DNA of 64,000 nucleotides from Phoronis australis. Its lineage: Eukaryota; Animalia; Phoronida. The notes under the pieces are model-generated. The model made no database searches and was not told the DNA's origin. It saw only the letters and a list, made by a program, of their open reading frames with translations. Location: the NCBI GenBank assembly GCA_002633005.1, contig NMRA01000164.1, positions 46,289 to 110,288 on the forward strand, read 5' to 3'. The position numbers and the translations under genes are program-made. This document shows positions 12,401 to 25,564 of the stretch, one piece after another; position 1 is the first letter of the stretch, and the number at the start of each line of letters is the position of its first letter.

Positions 12401-15400
12401 AAACCTTCTTGGCACATTCCAATGTATAGTCTTCCATTTCAAGGTAAGGAGCTAATAATTCCACAGTTTCATCGTTTATTATGTCCTTTGGGAAATTCAA
12501 AAGACTGTTGAGAAAGGTGGATTGTCCCATAAGTTTGAGCGATTCTCCCCAACTTGGTTTCGGACAAGGCCTTTCGGGGTCTGCTGTGACAGTATCCATT
12601 TTCTTCTGAAAAAGGATAAGAACACAATCCATGATTCTCATAATCAAGTGTGGAGGTTTTCCAAGTTTCTTTACTGTTGCAATATGTGTTGGTTTGATAG
12701 TTAATAAGGCTGCTTCAGCTGCCTCAAGTGCTGGCTTCGCGGCTTCCAGCTTTGTTTCAGCCAGTGCTTTGTCAACGCCAATGGCATCAACAATAGCTTG
12801 AGCTTTGTCTTTTACTTTCTGAACGGCAAGTTTCACCTTTTCGGCTGCCTGTGCACTCAGTGTTACTATTTTCAATTCTTCGTCAGCCTTTTTGTTGGCA
12901 ACCTCAAGCTCCTTTTCTTTGATTACCAATTCTTTTGACAATTGATCCACTGAATTCGATGCTTCCAACAATTTAGTAAGGCCCATATTCATCCTGGTTG
13001 CCAATTCACTTATGGCAGCATGTTTTTCGTTATAGATTGTCTTATATCCGTTCAGAAATGACAAATATGATTTTGGCGTGACGTAGGTTTGGCGTCTAAA
13101 TCGTTCAAAGTAGTTTTCACATGTTCCTTTAACCATATCGTGAACTTCTCCCATCATTTCTGTCAGCTGTGTCTTAGAAGAAGCAGACGCTACTATTTCA
13201 AATGAGGAGAGAAGGTACGTTGAAACCGCCACCAGGGCATCGCAAGGCCACGTTTGAAACCAGTTAATAGTACATCCGGATATTAGGCCTGGAAATTTTA
13301 ATGCCCTGCTTCTAAATTTTTCTCCCACCGGAGAGAAACAGAGGACAATGTGCAAGTTTCTTCTAACCCTTGAAATAAAATATTCATACAAAATTTCAGG
13401 CGATTGAGGTGCACGAGGTTTTTCAGCTTTCATCACGTGACTCAGCTCACCAATAATCTCGTCAAGCTCGTCCCTTGCGAAGAGGTTTGAAATATCTCCA
13501 GAGCTAAGGACACTGTTTAGATACTCGAGGAAAGATTCGTCTTTTACTTCGTTGTCGGTGAAGATAAACGTCAAGCCTTTTCCGTGCTGTCCTGTTTCCC
13601 GATACATGTATTTAATGTCTTCCAACAGGTTAGCGACGTTATAAGAACGACTAAGTGTTATCTGGAACGTTAGGTAGCCCGCAATAAAAGAAGCCAAGCG
13701 TGTAATAGATTGTTTTCCGGAACCTCCCACTCCTACCAAAAGCGCTGCTCCTCGAGGAATAGCAAGAATTCGAGCGACCTTGACAAGGTTAATAATGCAA
13801 TCCTTGAAAAATACCATATCCATTCCTGTCCCTCTAACTTGTTCGTTGTACTGTTCCATGAAATGGTTCAAACGATCACGAACCGCTTCAAAATCCCTTA
13901 TGCCCTCGTATACCTTTGGCATTTCAAGCATTGCATCATCTATTTCTTCTTCTCCTGTAAATTCTGGAGGGTCTCTCATAAAGTTAACAAAGTATGTTTG
14001 ATCTTCAAGAAATGCAGCGCAAGTGTCACCCAAGATTTGACTCCCAACATTTCTCAAGGTTGCCTCAAACCACTGTTTATCTTCAAAGTTTACGAACCTG
14101 TCTGCTATAGCACGGGTACATTCATGTTTCCACAGTCCTAAAACCTGATCTTCACTTGAACACTCCTGGGGTTTTATCTGAAGCATACCTTCCCAAATTC
14201 TGGAGAGGTCTCTCAAATTGAACACATAATGGAATTTGGCAGGAGTTGGTAACATTTTCGTTTTAGTCTTTTGCCATATTATGCGCGTCGTTCCTATTAA
14301 ACTACTGATAATATTGCAGGCTTCGTCAGAGAATCTTTGAGGACAGAAGTAGCCACATCCGATTGTTCCAAAAATAGAGTCAATGGAATTGTTCGAGGGT
14401 ATAGTGCAGTTGAATATTGAGAACTGTCGCTTTAATCTTTCGGGTATATCGTTACGGCCTCCACCAGGATGTATCATGGCCGCGATGTATTGAATATCCA
14501 CAATATTTGTGAATTCTCCCGGTTTTTCTAGGCTGTAAAAACCTTGCATTTCTATGGTTTGTCGCGTGATTTCATTTGTTACTTGGTCACCCCATTCATT
14601 GATTAGAGGCATGTTGATGTCATCGATAAACACGGTCATCTTCCGTCCTCCTGGTGGACCAAAAGTACTACCCATGCGTTTGTCAACGTAACTTTCAATG
14701 TTTTTTTGGAACATTAAAGGAGATGTTGCGGAGGAGAAGTTGATAACCTTTACTAGATGTTCTTCAGGATTTTTCTGTGACATAAACCCATTAATCATCA
14801 CAGTTTTGGCAGTACCCTGTTCCCCTATAAGCAGGACACATCTTTCCTGGTGGGCTATAGTTTCTATTAAGAAAGTCGTGCGCACGTTGTCCACATTTGG
14901 TACTAGAATTGATGAAAACTCGGGAATGGAATCTGTCGGATAAACGTACTGTTCTACACGCTGAGACCAATGTTCCCATTCGCCATTTGTATTTACCATA
15001 TACTCAAACAATGTTTCGTTCGGCTGTATATCGGGAAATGGTAAGTGAGGGAAATTCTTCAACATGAACGATTCCATCTTGGCACGGTCATCTAACTCAA
15101 CCAAAGCCCCCAAGCTCCACATAAGTGCAAAGACAAAGATCTTTTCGTGAGTTTCAATAGTCAGTGATTGCGCATGAAGTTCATCAGTCAATGGAATCAG
15201 TCCCCCGACGATATTACAAGCTTGTGCAATAATGTTACATTGATAGACCTTCATCTTCTTATTCAGCGAGTGTTCGACGAACAAATATAGCTCATCAAAA
15301 CAACTTTCAAACAGAGGAATGAAGATGTCACGTTCTCTTTGGATTCTTCGTCGAAGCCATCCCTCTACAAGCGGTCGCCAATCAAGAACTGAGGAGCTCA

Positions 15401-18400
15401 TGAAGACCATACCATTTCTCGAAACTGTAGCTGGTGATGCGTTATCAATATTATGGACTTCAAAAAGGACCTTTGAATTGGCTGCCATTGGAATTCTGTC
15501 GCCATTTGCTAGCGTAAGTGTCTTATTGTCGTCTAGAACTGAGTTCAAATTTTCAATCCAGACAGCATCAACTGGACCATCAAGAACAATCCATATGTGA
15601 TCATTTTTCTTAGATTTTAGGCATCTCCTCCACAACGTTGAAAATATGCCATCTGTCCAGTCATTTGTGGCTACATCTAACCGTCCAAACATGTGTGCTG
15701 CCGTAATAGCTTTTGGGTTCATCCTCATTTCCCTGTGGGGTTTTCCCAAAGTCGTGAAGGCTTTCAGCAACATGTGAATGCAACACGTTTTTCCAGCGCC
15801 ACTTGGACCTAGTGTCATTATTCCGTGTCTTACTAGCACTGTTTCGTACAGTTGGAAGATTTTAAGGTTCCATGGTGGATGGTTTGTGAGACCTTCTTCT
15901 TCCATATGGTGTGCAAGAGCCACTTGCAAGTCCAAATGTTGTGCCCCTTCCATTTTGATACCGGGAAATAGGTCTTCCACCAGGCTAAGAAAAAGTGGTT
16001 CGTCTTCATCTACTAGTTTGCTTAAATTCATATCCCTAAGAACCCTCATCACAATAGTATTCTCACTTTCAACAGAATGAAGGCGCTTTTGAGCCCCAAG
16101 AGTGCGAAGAACGGAAAGAATGTTCCTGAGACCAAAATCATAATGCACTTGCTTTGAAAGTTGTTCCTCACACAGTTTGTACAGTGTAAAAAATTTCTGC
16201 GCAAGTATGACATTGTCAACAAATCCACAGCTGGCCAGTTTAACTCTTATGATAATCTGGCGATCAGGAACCATCATTGCTACAGTTCTAAATTGAATTT
16301 TTAGGTTCTCTGGAAGCTCTTGACGCCCGGCATAACCTGGATTCATCGTTATGAATAGACCAAATTCGGGATTTAAGTCAACAGTGTCACCGTCTGAGAA
16401 GACAAAACTCTTCTTTCTTTCCTTCTTTGCAGAGAGAATTATGTAAATCTGTTGTGCGGCTACAGACAATACTGGTAGATCAATACGGTTGAATTCGTCG
16501 AAGCAGCCCCACGATCCAGACTGAGCTAGACCCTTGAATATTCGACCTAAACCCCTGAAATCCATTTGATCAGAACAGTTAAAGACAACCACATACTTGC
16601 CGAGCGCCTTACCCATATCTTTTGTAGTCTCTGTTTTACCAGTTCCAGCAGGACCAGCTGGTGCTCCTCCCATTGACATTCCAAGAGCTTGTGCCAGTGT
16701 TATGTAGCATCTGTCAGTGAGAGGTGTTATAACTAGACGGTCGGTATTACCCAAAAATTCGTTCTGATACACAAAGTCAACGTCTGTTATAGACACGGTG
16801 CACGTATCAGCGTCTTCCCTAAAATAGAATCGACTCTGCTTTAGCCATTCAAAGTCTGTCAAAGATCGAACGTGCATTTTACACAGATCTTCGAAAATGT
16901 CTCGTTGGTGGACGTGTATGGTTATGAGAGTTTCAAATTTGAGTCTCTCGAATTTAGACAGATCCATAGTTGTTTGGTTGATCAGCATGTTCAGCCAGTC
17001 CAGAAATCTTTGATTTGTTATCGGCATGATCTTTTTATCATATCTTGTGTGAAGTAGAGCGTGCTCTGAATCCCGTGTCCAAATTATTTGCAGAGTTAGA
17101 AGGCTAATCTGTGCTATAGAATGCTGCAAGAAAGATAGTAAATCGAAGTCGTCAAGCGATATCTGCACTGCAACTTCACGTATGATTATATGCAGCGCTT
17201 TTCTTTGCTTCGTCAATAGTTCTCCAAGCCAGCACTCTACATTCCCACGTGCATTTACTGTGTCTTCTAGCTTGATAGTTTCACCTTCTCTGGAACTCAC
17301 TGATATAATACGATCATAATCTTTTTGGTGGAACGTAACGCTGTTGAGATTATCAAAGATGCCAGCTAAATGAGACTGGATGGTATGCGAGTCGCTTGCT
17401 TGTCCTAAAATCTCCAGAAGAGCTGGGTCTGATACGAAGAAAAATCTCGGGAAGATTTTTCGTTTTGCTTCAAGGTAGCCTGTGAGAGATTTCTGACAAA
17501 GTTCTAACTGCTCGAGCAAATGCGGAAGCAAGTGGCCCAAAGTTTCGTCTCCAGTACAACAGGTTATTACGTTGGGCATTTCACGGGCCTTTATCATAAT
17601 CTTTATCCAAGACTTGTCGATATTTGAAAACCGCTTTGCTTCTTTTGGTAACTGTTTTGCTATATCACCTCCAACAAATACAGCTTCTAGATAAATCCAT
17701 AGATTTTGTACTGTCAACCAGTTGTCGATGATTTCTGCCGTGTTAGATAGTTTATTGACCCAATCTTGTATTGATTTTTTGAATGGCGCATTATATCTGT
17801 TACTGACGAGCGAACTGAGGATCATAAGACTGTCTTCGACATTCGCTACAATATCCATTGTTTCGTTACCTTTGAGAAGTAGCTCGCCTCTTGTCTTGAA
17901 CTGACTGAATGAGAATACCTGCGCAGTCCAATCAATGGTTACTTGTTTGAGTTTTGCCTCTATATCTCTTTCTTTCATGGCAGCGATGCAAGTGTCTTCG
18001 ATTTCATCTTTAAACTCAAGCAGCGGGGCTTCCATAATGTGCTTTAGAGAAAAGGTTTCAGAATTTATGTCGAAAGAATGACCAGTTATTTCAGCCAAAC
18101 GACTCCAGTGCCGTTCCTTCATGGCATTATTGGCCATATGCTCCAGCAAAGGACATGTTTCATTGAAATCGTCAATTTTCTTTTTAAGGTCCAGAAATGC
18201 TCTCCATTCTTTTAACCCCTTTGGCAATTTTCTGCACCTGTTTTGGAATTCCACGAGGTCCGTGTTGATTTTTGCTATGTCCACATCAGTCCAAAGTAAG
18301 TCATAGTAACCATTAATACTTGTCATGACAGCGTCGTACAAACTGTATAGTTTGTGTAAAAGTACTAACTGCTTCCGAATTTTTTGCAAGGCAGGGTAAT

Positions 18401-21400
18401 CCTTTACCTCTAGCCCAAATAGTTCTTGGCCGGCTGAGTAAGTTTCAAAGTTGCGCCAAAGTTCATCAAACTTACTTTGAAACACCGTAAGTCGATCGCT
18501 GGCTTCATCTGGATGAATTCCGTCTTCCATCGGACCCTCCTGTTCGTAATCCTTCACAAACTTGTCCAGTTTTATTTCAAAAGCTGCCACAGACTCGAAA
18601 AGCTCCTGTTTGAAACCTGGTTGTATTTTCACAAGTGTATCTTGAAGATCACTAGCGACTTGCAGCAGCTTTGTGAAAGCATAGCTTAAACCATCTACTT
18701 TGTTGCTTTCGTCAGAAGCCATTTCTACACCAAAGGCGGATAGCATGGCATATGCTTCCTCAATTTGAGACTGACTGACATCGATTTCGATATGTCGATG
18801 ACGAACTCTCTCAAGAGACGCCATTGTTTGTCTTACGTCCTCCAAGTCTTTTATTGGCCGACCAAGCTGTCTGGCTTCTTCGTCAATAAATTCGAATATA
18901 GAGTGAAGCTGGCGTCTAAACTTTTCATTAAGGTGCTTGGCGTAGACCATTTGCCAACTCTTTATTTCGACTTTAAGAGCCAGTTTCAACTTTTCTGTTT
19001 GCATCCAAATTGGCCCAACTGCAATTCCCTCTGGAATGTCCTTAATTTCCTCAATATACTCTTCGTATTTCACAATTTCTTCTCTGAACTCAGACAGAGT
19101 TGGATTGCGTTTAAGAAACTGACTCACAGTTTCTTCACGGTCATCCTCCCACAGGAAGCTGTACTTTGAGTATACAGAAAGCTCCTTTTGAACGAACTCT
19201 CGGCAGCTTGGAATGGCTGCGCTCAAAGCAAGGATATATTTTGTGACGTCTTTGTGATCTGCTACACTTCTGTAGTAGTTCTTAAGGTTAGTAGGTGATA
19301 TTTCACTTACGTCATCAGTTCCAGCGAAATGCACAGTCGACAGACCACTTTCGAGTGCAACTGGAAGTTTTTGCACCAGATATCGATCTTGACCCCAAAG
19401 TGCAATGTGTTGACTCACTTCAATTACATTGTGGGTTACTTTCGTGAGTGTGTGTTGTATGTCTTCTAAACTTGGTTTCATCACAACATTTGGAATTTCT
19501 AATACAATGTCTGTTTTAAATATTGGATAGTTCTTCTGCTCAGACCTATCTTGTGAATCTAGAGTACGGGTTTTGCTTGCTAAGAACATGCGTTTTCTGA
19601 CGGTATCAAGAGAAGTTCTAGTAGCTTTCACCAATGCGTCTAAATTCTTCTGGCTATACAAGTTCAGAAGTTCAACGCACTCCTCACGGACCACTTCGGC
19701 CTTTTCATTCAATTGGTCTTTACTTCTTGTTCTACCCCGCCAGTCGTAGTCCGGACCAATAACAACCCCAGCTTTATTCATAAACATTCGAAGAATCCTC
19801 ACTACTGTGTCTTCTACCTTCTGACTTTTGAAGTCCAAGCTCTTACCACATTTAGAGCAATTTGTAATGGCGTTTTGTAGGAACTCGTCTAATGACCATG
19901 TTGTGCCGATTTCTGGCAAAGGACAGAGAATCGTGAGAGTCATGTTCTCTAGTGTGCCGTCTATGTGCGATTCTTTAAGACTGCTTACTTGACGAATGTG
20001 AAATTCTACGTCATCGAGTTCTTTTTCAGCCGATTCAAAAAAATTAGTTAAGCCTAACGAGGCCCACGTGAGAGACAGAACTCCCGGCCGAAAAATACTA
20101 TCCAACTTTTCTAGAGACGGTTTCATTGCTCCGGTGTACAACTGAGGAATCATTTCTCTGATGCAACAATCCCGTTGTAAGAGGTACTCCAACTTCTCAC
20201 TGTACATTTTGAATCTCTCTCGATTATAGAACAGCATCTTTACGGCGTCGGGCAACTCAAGATCCATCTTAACCAAAGCGTCTGCCTCTCTCATAGTTTC
20301 CAGAAGCATTGGATCAAAATTGACAAACAACTCCAACGTTTCGGGATGTCTGATGAATATCGGTACAAAGAGAGATGACATGACGTTGTCCACCTGCTTT
20401 ACCCATGCCCTGTAATACAATGTTTCAAATTCTATCAAAGTGGTGGCAAACCTATTGAACATTTTTATTATTGGTTTTGCCTTCTTAGACTTTAGTAATG
20501 TTGGGTGTTTCTCAAAGATGTCCATGGGATCTCTTATTCGCCGGTATAGATGTCTTGCCCAAGCAATCTTTCCTGCCACAGGTGGCATGTCTCTGTAAGT
20601 AGGAACGTCAGATTTTTGCTTGTCATATAAATCTCGCATTCGCTCTAATTCTTGGCCATAGTAGACAAGAATGCTCTTGTATTTATTCCTGATCTGGTAG
20701 TCGTCTATGATTCCAAGGTTTTCAAATTTATTCAGCAGACTAACGGCACTGCCTATATCTGTTATCTTTTCAAAGTTGTTGTCCAAAAAGTTCTGTATTT
20801 GAACCTCGAGTTCGCCAATACATCTCTTGAACTCCTCGAAGTCGTCGTCAAAGTCTTTATTTCTGTGATCCATCATGTCATACGGCTTCTTCTTCATTTG
20901 TTGGATGATGTTGCTGAATCTAACAACGAGAGGTTCTACGCCTTCTATATTTGATGCACCGATCACGCTGTATTTCTCCATTGTGTTGAATAAGTATACC
21001 AACTTATCAATTCTTTTGCAGAAGGCATCAAACTTTCCAAATATGTACATTTCCGAAAATTCAAAGGACCTTTCTTCAGGACTTTGTTGGTTCCGTTTGG
21101 TCACTCGTCTAAAAGCGTCTTTGTATTCGGTGTGGAGACGGGTACACGATTTCAATTTTTCCATCAGTGGACCTCTTTCTTCGTCCCATATCATTTTTGT
21201 CCCTTCTTCGGTCACGTATGACTTGCATGCCTTCACCATTTGGTTTGTAACCTTTCGGAATATTGAAGTCATTTTCTCAGGTGTGTTGTAGTACAGCGAA
21301 ACATTGTACACCATTCGTATGGCATTGATGAGGTTTGGAATAGAATTTATCATGGAGACTGGGTCGCACCTGTAAAGAGGCAAGCACACCTTTTCCAATG

Positions 21401-22382
21401 TACTTAGATATTTCACGTTGTCTTTGGCTTCATTTGCCGCATTGGTGACTCGTTTGTCCAAATCGACCCATTTCTTTATGACTCGCGACTTGGCGTTCTG
21501 TAAAGTACAGATCACCATTTTACACTTATGCCCTTGGTTGTGTTGCAGTACCGAACCAAATCGAGCTTGCAGTAACTTCCAGTGCTCGATCTCGGCCATT
21601 GGGCCCGTGTTGTCGGCTTCCCTTCGTATTCGGTCACTCTCTATAATGACGCGCTCAATTTGCTTGCACCAAGTAAGCACTAGTTCTTCCATCTTTCGGA
21701 CTGTTTCGCTGCTGTGTGACGCGTGCGCGCAATCGACAGGTGTGTGCAAGTCACCCACATTTAAGTGACTCGAATCTGCGAGGTGCACAGTCCCGTCTAG
21801 TGAGTTTTGTGTGACGTCAACATATTCAACAAAGTTGTCAAAGTCGTTGAGGAATGTTTTCTTCATTCTTTCAGAAAATATAACGTCTTTATCAATGTTC
21901 CAGCCGCCATGCATGGCGTGCAGCTGCGGCCTGTAAACGTTCTTGAGAACTCTGTTCATTCCATTCAGCAGTCCCTGCCTTGCATCCAATACACCAAAGA
22001 ATATTTCTTCGCTTATGTTCTTCATGTTAATAGCAACGTCCACTCTGGTTCGTAAGAAGTAGAGGCAGATTCCAGTCAGAGCTGGTCCGCAGCCATCGGT
22101 CATAAACAGGCGCATGTACTTGCCGCCTTTTACAGTACCTGGAATAACGCGCCCACATTCTTCGACAAGCAGCACGTCGGCTTCTTGGTAGTATACTTTA
22201 ATACTTTTCGACTCTCCCTTGAAGAACGCTTCCAGATAATTGAGGTGTTCACAGCTGTCTAATATAAATTCTTCTACTGCGTGAAGATCAAGGTTGAGGT
22301 AGCAGCTAATGTAGTTGAAAATGAAGCCATGTTCACTTCGGAGCCTGACTCGTCTTAGTTCTCGCTCTTCCTTAGCTCTTAC
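9414..22382 (-). CDS. DNAH5: Axonemal outer-arm dynein heavy chain (DNAH5/DNAH8 class), giant exon 2 (12,969 bp; tail, linker, AAA1-6, stalk/MTBD)
   Basis: Uninterrupted ORF with P-loops GPAGTGKT, GPSGAGKT, GEQGTAKT and GVGGSGKQ, and AAA1 motif FNCSDQMDFRGLGRIFKGLAQSGSWGCFDEFNRIDLPVLSVAAQQI typical of the DNAH5/8 class. Acceptor tttgcttccag|GTA at 22382, donor CAG|gtatgt at 9414/9413, length 4323 codons. Confidence 0.96.
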
Positions 22383-22593
22383 CTGGAAGCAAACCACCAA
22401 CTTACGGGTTATGGTAATATCAACTTACTGTGCCTTCTGCGTAAGAATATTGGACACTCAATGAACGATGTGCAAAATAATCAACGCGGTTCCAGGTTCC
22501 AGAGTTGCTGTTCATGGTAATTAGTTCAAAAGATTAAATTTTCGCAACTTCTTTGATTAGGAACCTGGAAGCAAAGGAAAATTAAAATTTTAC

Positions 22594-22635
22594 CTGTCTG
22601 CGCTGCTCATACTTTGAGTGGACAGCATCTAGCAT
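22594..22635 (-). CDS. DNAH5: Dynein heavy chain, probable first coding exon (MLDAVHSKYEQRRQ)
   Basis: ATG at 22635 directly preceded by an in-frame TGA; 14 codons; donor CAG|gtaaaa in phase 0 matching exon 2; intron 211 bp. Confidence 0.7.
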
Positions 22636-23429
22636 TCATAACTGCATTGCCAAAGATTGCTGAGTACGCTACATCAGCGCATTTCATTAACGCCAAACAC
22701 GCCAATCCATTTGTGGCATCATTTACGTGCTCCAATATTATTGTTTGTTATGAATGGGTACCATGCTCCAATATCCGACTACATGAAACTGTCCCAAGTA
22801 GAGATTCAACTAAGTTCCCCTTTTTTACTCCCAAATGCCAGGTTTTCATATCACACGATGACCTCCTCTTTTACTCATTTCATTGTCTAATAAAATGCCA
22901 AAAATTGAACCCTTATTTCAATGAAAATAATCAGGGAAGCATTCCCTAAATTAGGGACGTTGTATGAAAAGGTCCCTATTTATTTTCAATGATTGGTAAC
23001 TCAACATAGAGCGTACTCCAGATATGTATCAAAAGGTAACAATTGATTTATCAATGAAGACAATAGCATTAGAAAGTGCAACCATCGTTTAAACAACTCC
23101 GCAAATGCGGCGTGTGGATTTTTATTGTACAAGGATGAAACTCGAGCTGGTTCGTAGAGAAAAATAACATGTGTTCAGTATGATGTATGAAAAGCTTCTG
23201 GTGTGATAGTATAAAGTTATTACATATAACTTGCAAGTGAACCTATTCTACCAATCAGAATGCGCGCCAAATACAGAACTGACCAATGGAGAAGAAGCTT
23301 GGGCTGGGATGTTTGTAAATACAAATCAAGACCTAACAATAGGGGCAGCTGGATAGGATTATAGAATTAAGCTGCTACAGGTAAGAAAATACAATAGGTT
23401 ATCAGTGTCACTAAGTCCATAAACATCTG

Positions 23430-23579
23430 GGCCCAGTTGCATAAAAGTTATACGCCGTATAGCAACAATGACGTCGCATTATCACGCGTCACGATGTTAC
23501 TGTTGAACAATGCACTTGATGTCATGCAACAATCAAACTTATCCAGCGGATGTCTTTTGAAGCTTTATGCAACTCAGCC
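23430..23579. mobile_element. 150-bp PIF/Harbinger-like MITE with CTG target-site duplication
   Basis: TIR GGCCCAGTTGCATAAA / TTTATGCAACTCAGCC flanked by CTG on both sides. Inverted sibling at 36598-36747. Confidence 0.8.
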
Positions 23580-24153
23580 CTGATGTAATACAGTCTAACA
23601 AGTCAACTGAAATCTATCGGAAATGAAACATAAACAAGTGTAACGAAATAAGATCAATTCCATGAAGAAGTAAATAGATGTACGTCCAAAGAATATCCGT
23701 TAAGCTTGGTGACGACCGGGGAGGGCTGTCTCGACAGGTGTCTTACAAATCAACAGATTAACCCACACCCCGTACGTTTCACCCCTAAGTGCAGGCCTGA
23801 AGCCTCCAGAGTGTTATGGCTGTAAGAGTAAAAGTGAAGCTTTTTAAGAGGGTTACCTTTTCATGCAATGGTGATTCGTTATTTCATTGCCTGGAGACTT
23901 CGTAACATTTTGTACATAATTTCTGTACAAAAATAATCCAACTTCGCATTTAATTTAGTGCCTGTTAAAACAATCGGAGTCATTTTTCAATGTTATGAAA
24001 CCAGGTCAATTTTCAACGTTGAAAAGTGGGCCTTTTAGATCAGTTTTCATGGGGTCAAAATTTAATGCTACTTCGTAACATGGTACGAGTTAAAATTATA
24101 CTTAAGTTTCTTTACTCGTCATACTTCACGTTGCCTATTTCTGTAAAGCTCTT

Positions 24154-24226
24154 TGTCCCGACCTGGGCTCGAACCCGGGACTTTCTGCAATCCGTGCAGA
24201 CGCTCTGGTCTACCGTGCTTTAAGAG
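24154..24226 (-). repeat. tRNA-derived (SINE-head-like) sequence, not a functional tRNA
   Basis: Minus strand reads AGCACGGTAGACCAGAGCGTCTGCACGGATTGCAGAAAGTCCCGGGTTCGAGCCCAGGTCGGGACA: clear B box/T arm, irregular D and anticodon arms. Confidence 0.55.
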
Positions 24227-25564
24227 CACATTCATGCACATATACTGCGACTCCCTGTTATGCTACGGTCACCTTAGACACGTAAATAAGTATTTACAGT
24301 CAGTCGGCTGCAGACGGAAATATACTGGAGCATAATCTGGATTAAATTTCGCAAATCAAAACCTTTCCATTGATAGTTGCAGTGCCAGTTAAGCAAACGA
24401 TAATAGGTGTGCTTTTTTCTTCATGAAATAGAAACGGGCAATTCGTTACAAATGCCACAACAAATTTAATGTTCACACAAAACCCGTAATCAAAAATATA
24501 TATTTGCTTTTCTTAAAGAAATGTATATCATTGCGTTTCTTTAAACTTATTTACAAAATTAGCAACGCGACTGCACAACTTTACTTCCACTGGAACTTCC
24601 CAACTTTGAAGCGTTTATTTGATAATGGTAACAACACACAAAACAGACAACTTTGCCTCGTAACCTCTGATCACGTGAGCCAGTATTAAGCAACAATCCC
24701 ACGCATAAGACCTTGGACACTGCACTCCACAAGCTAATTGATTACGATACTGTATTCCAAAGTTAATTAACAACAGTGGATACCAATAATAACCATTCTA
24801 GAAAAAGATAAAACACCATGCATTTCAGGGTTTCTCTGTCAAGTTGCAACGCAGTATGCACAAAACGGTTTAAGTTGCTCCTAAGCAAGAACCGCAAATT
24901 GTGCAGCGCATGGCAACTTGGAAACTACCCAGAGCGATTGCTACAGCTGTGGCAGGATAACTACATGTATAAAGGACGCTTCGTAATAGATAAATAAGTT
25001 TGTCCCTACCTGCTTTTCCCTCAGCGTCTCGGCTATTATCATTGATGGTGCCAAACTCTTCCGTTGACCGAAGCGGGACACGCCCCTCGTCACCTGACTG
25101 CCACCGAGTCTTTGATTGACAGACATGCTTTTGTTCAAGTTTGCTTATGAGCATCAATGGAAAGTCTATAGAGCATAACATAAGAATTAACATTCACCAA
25201 CATGAGGTTATTTCAAGTGAAAAATTATAAGCAAAAATGCATCGTTCTCGTTTTTCCTTCCTCAGATGAGAAATGGTTCCTGAGTTTACAAAAAATGGTA
25301 GTTCGTTACTCCTTGAGATGTCACACCATAGTCAACTCAACTTGTAGAACCTGATTTCAGGCATCTAACTAATCACTTCTTTTACTCCTTTCCAATTCGA
25401 CTAAAGAACAATTTGGACCCAATTTGAGGACGGGCGGTCTAAATTAAAAGTTGCTTTGTGATAGAGACGAGATCATACCCATCGTATCCAAAATCCTGTA
25501 TAGCTAGCCAGCCAGCCACTTATATAGCTGCATGAAGACTAATGACAAAATATAGCTTTGCACC

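Noticed and set aside
10651-22055. Many plus-strand ORFs of 60-143 aa
   Set aside because: Antisense shadows of the dynein exon with no recognisable domains.
24154-24226. Functional tRNA gene (also considered at 46081-46163 and 4400-4463)
   Set aside because: B boxes are present but cloverleaf stems are broken, so these are treated as tRNA-derived repeats.
22640-25000. RFX X-box for the ciliary dynein promoter
   Set aside because: Only half-sites (for example CATGGCAAC near 24910) were seen; no convincing full palindrome.
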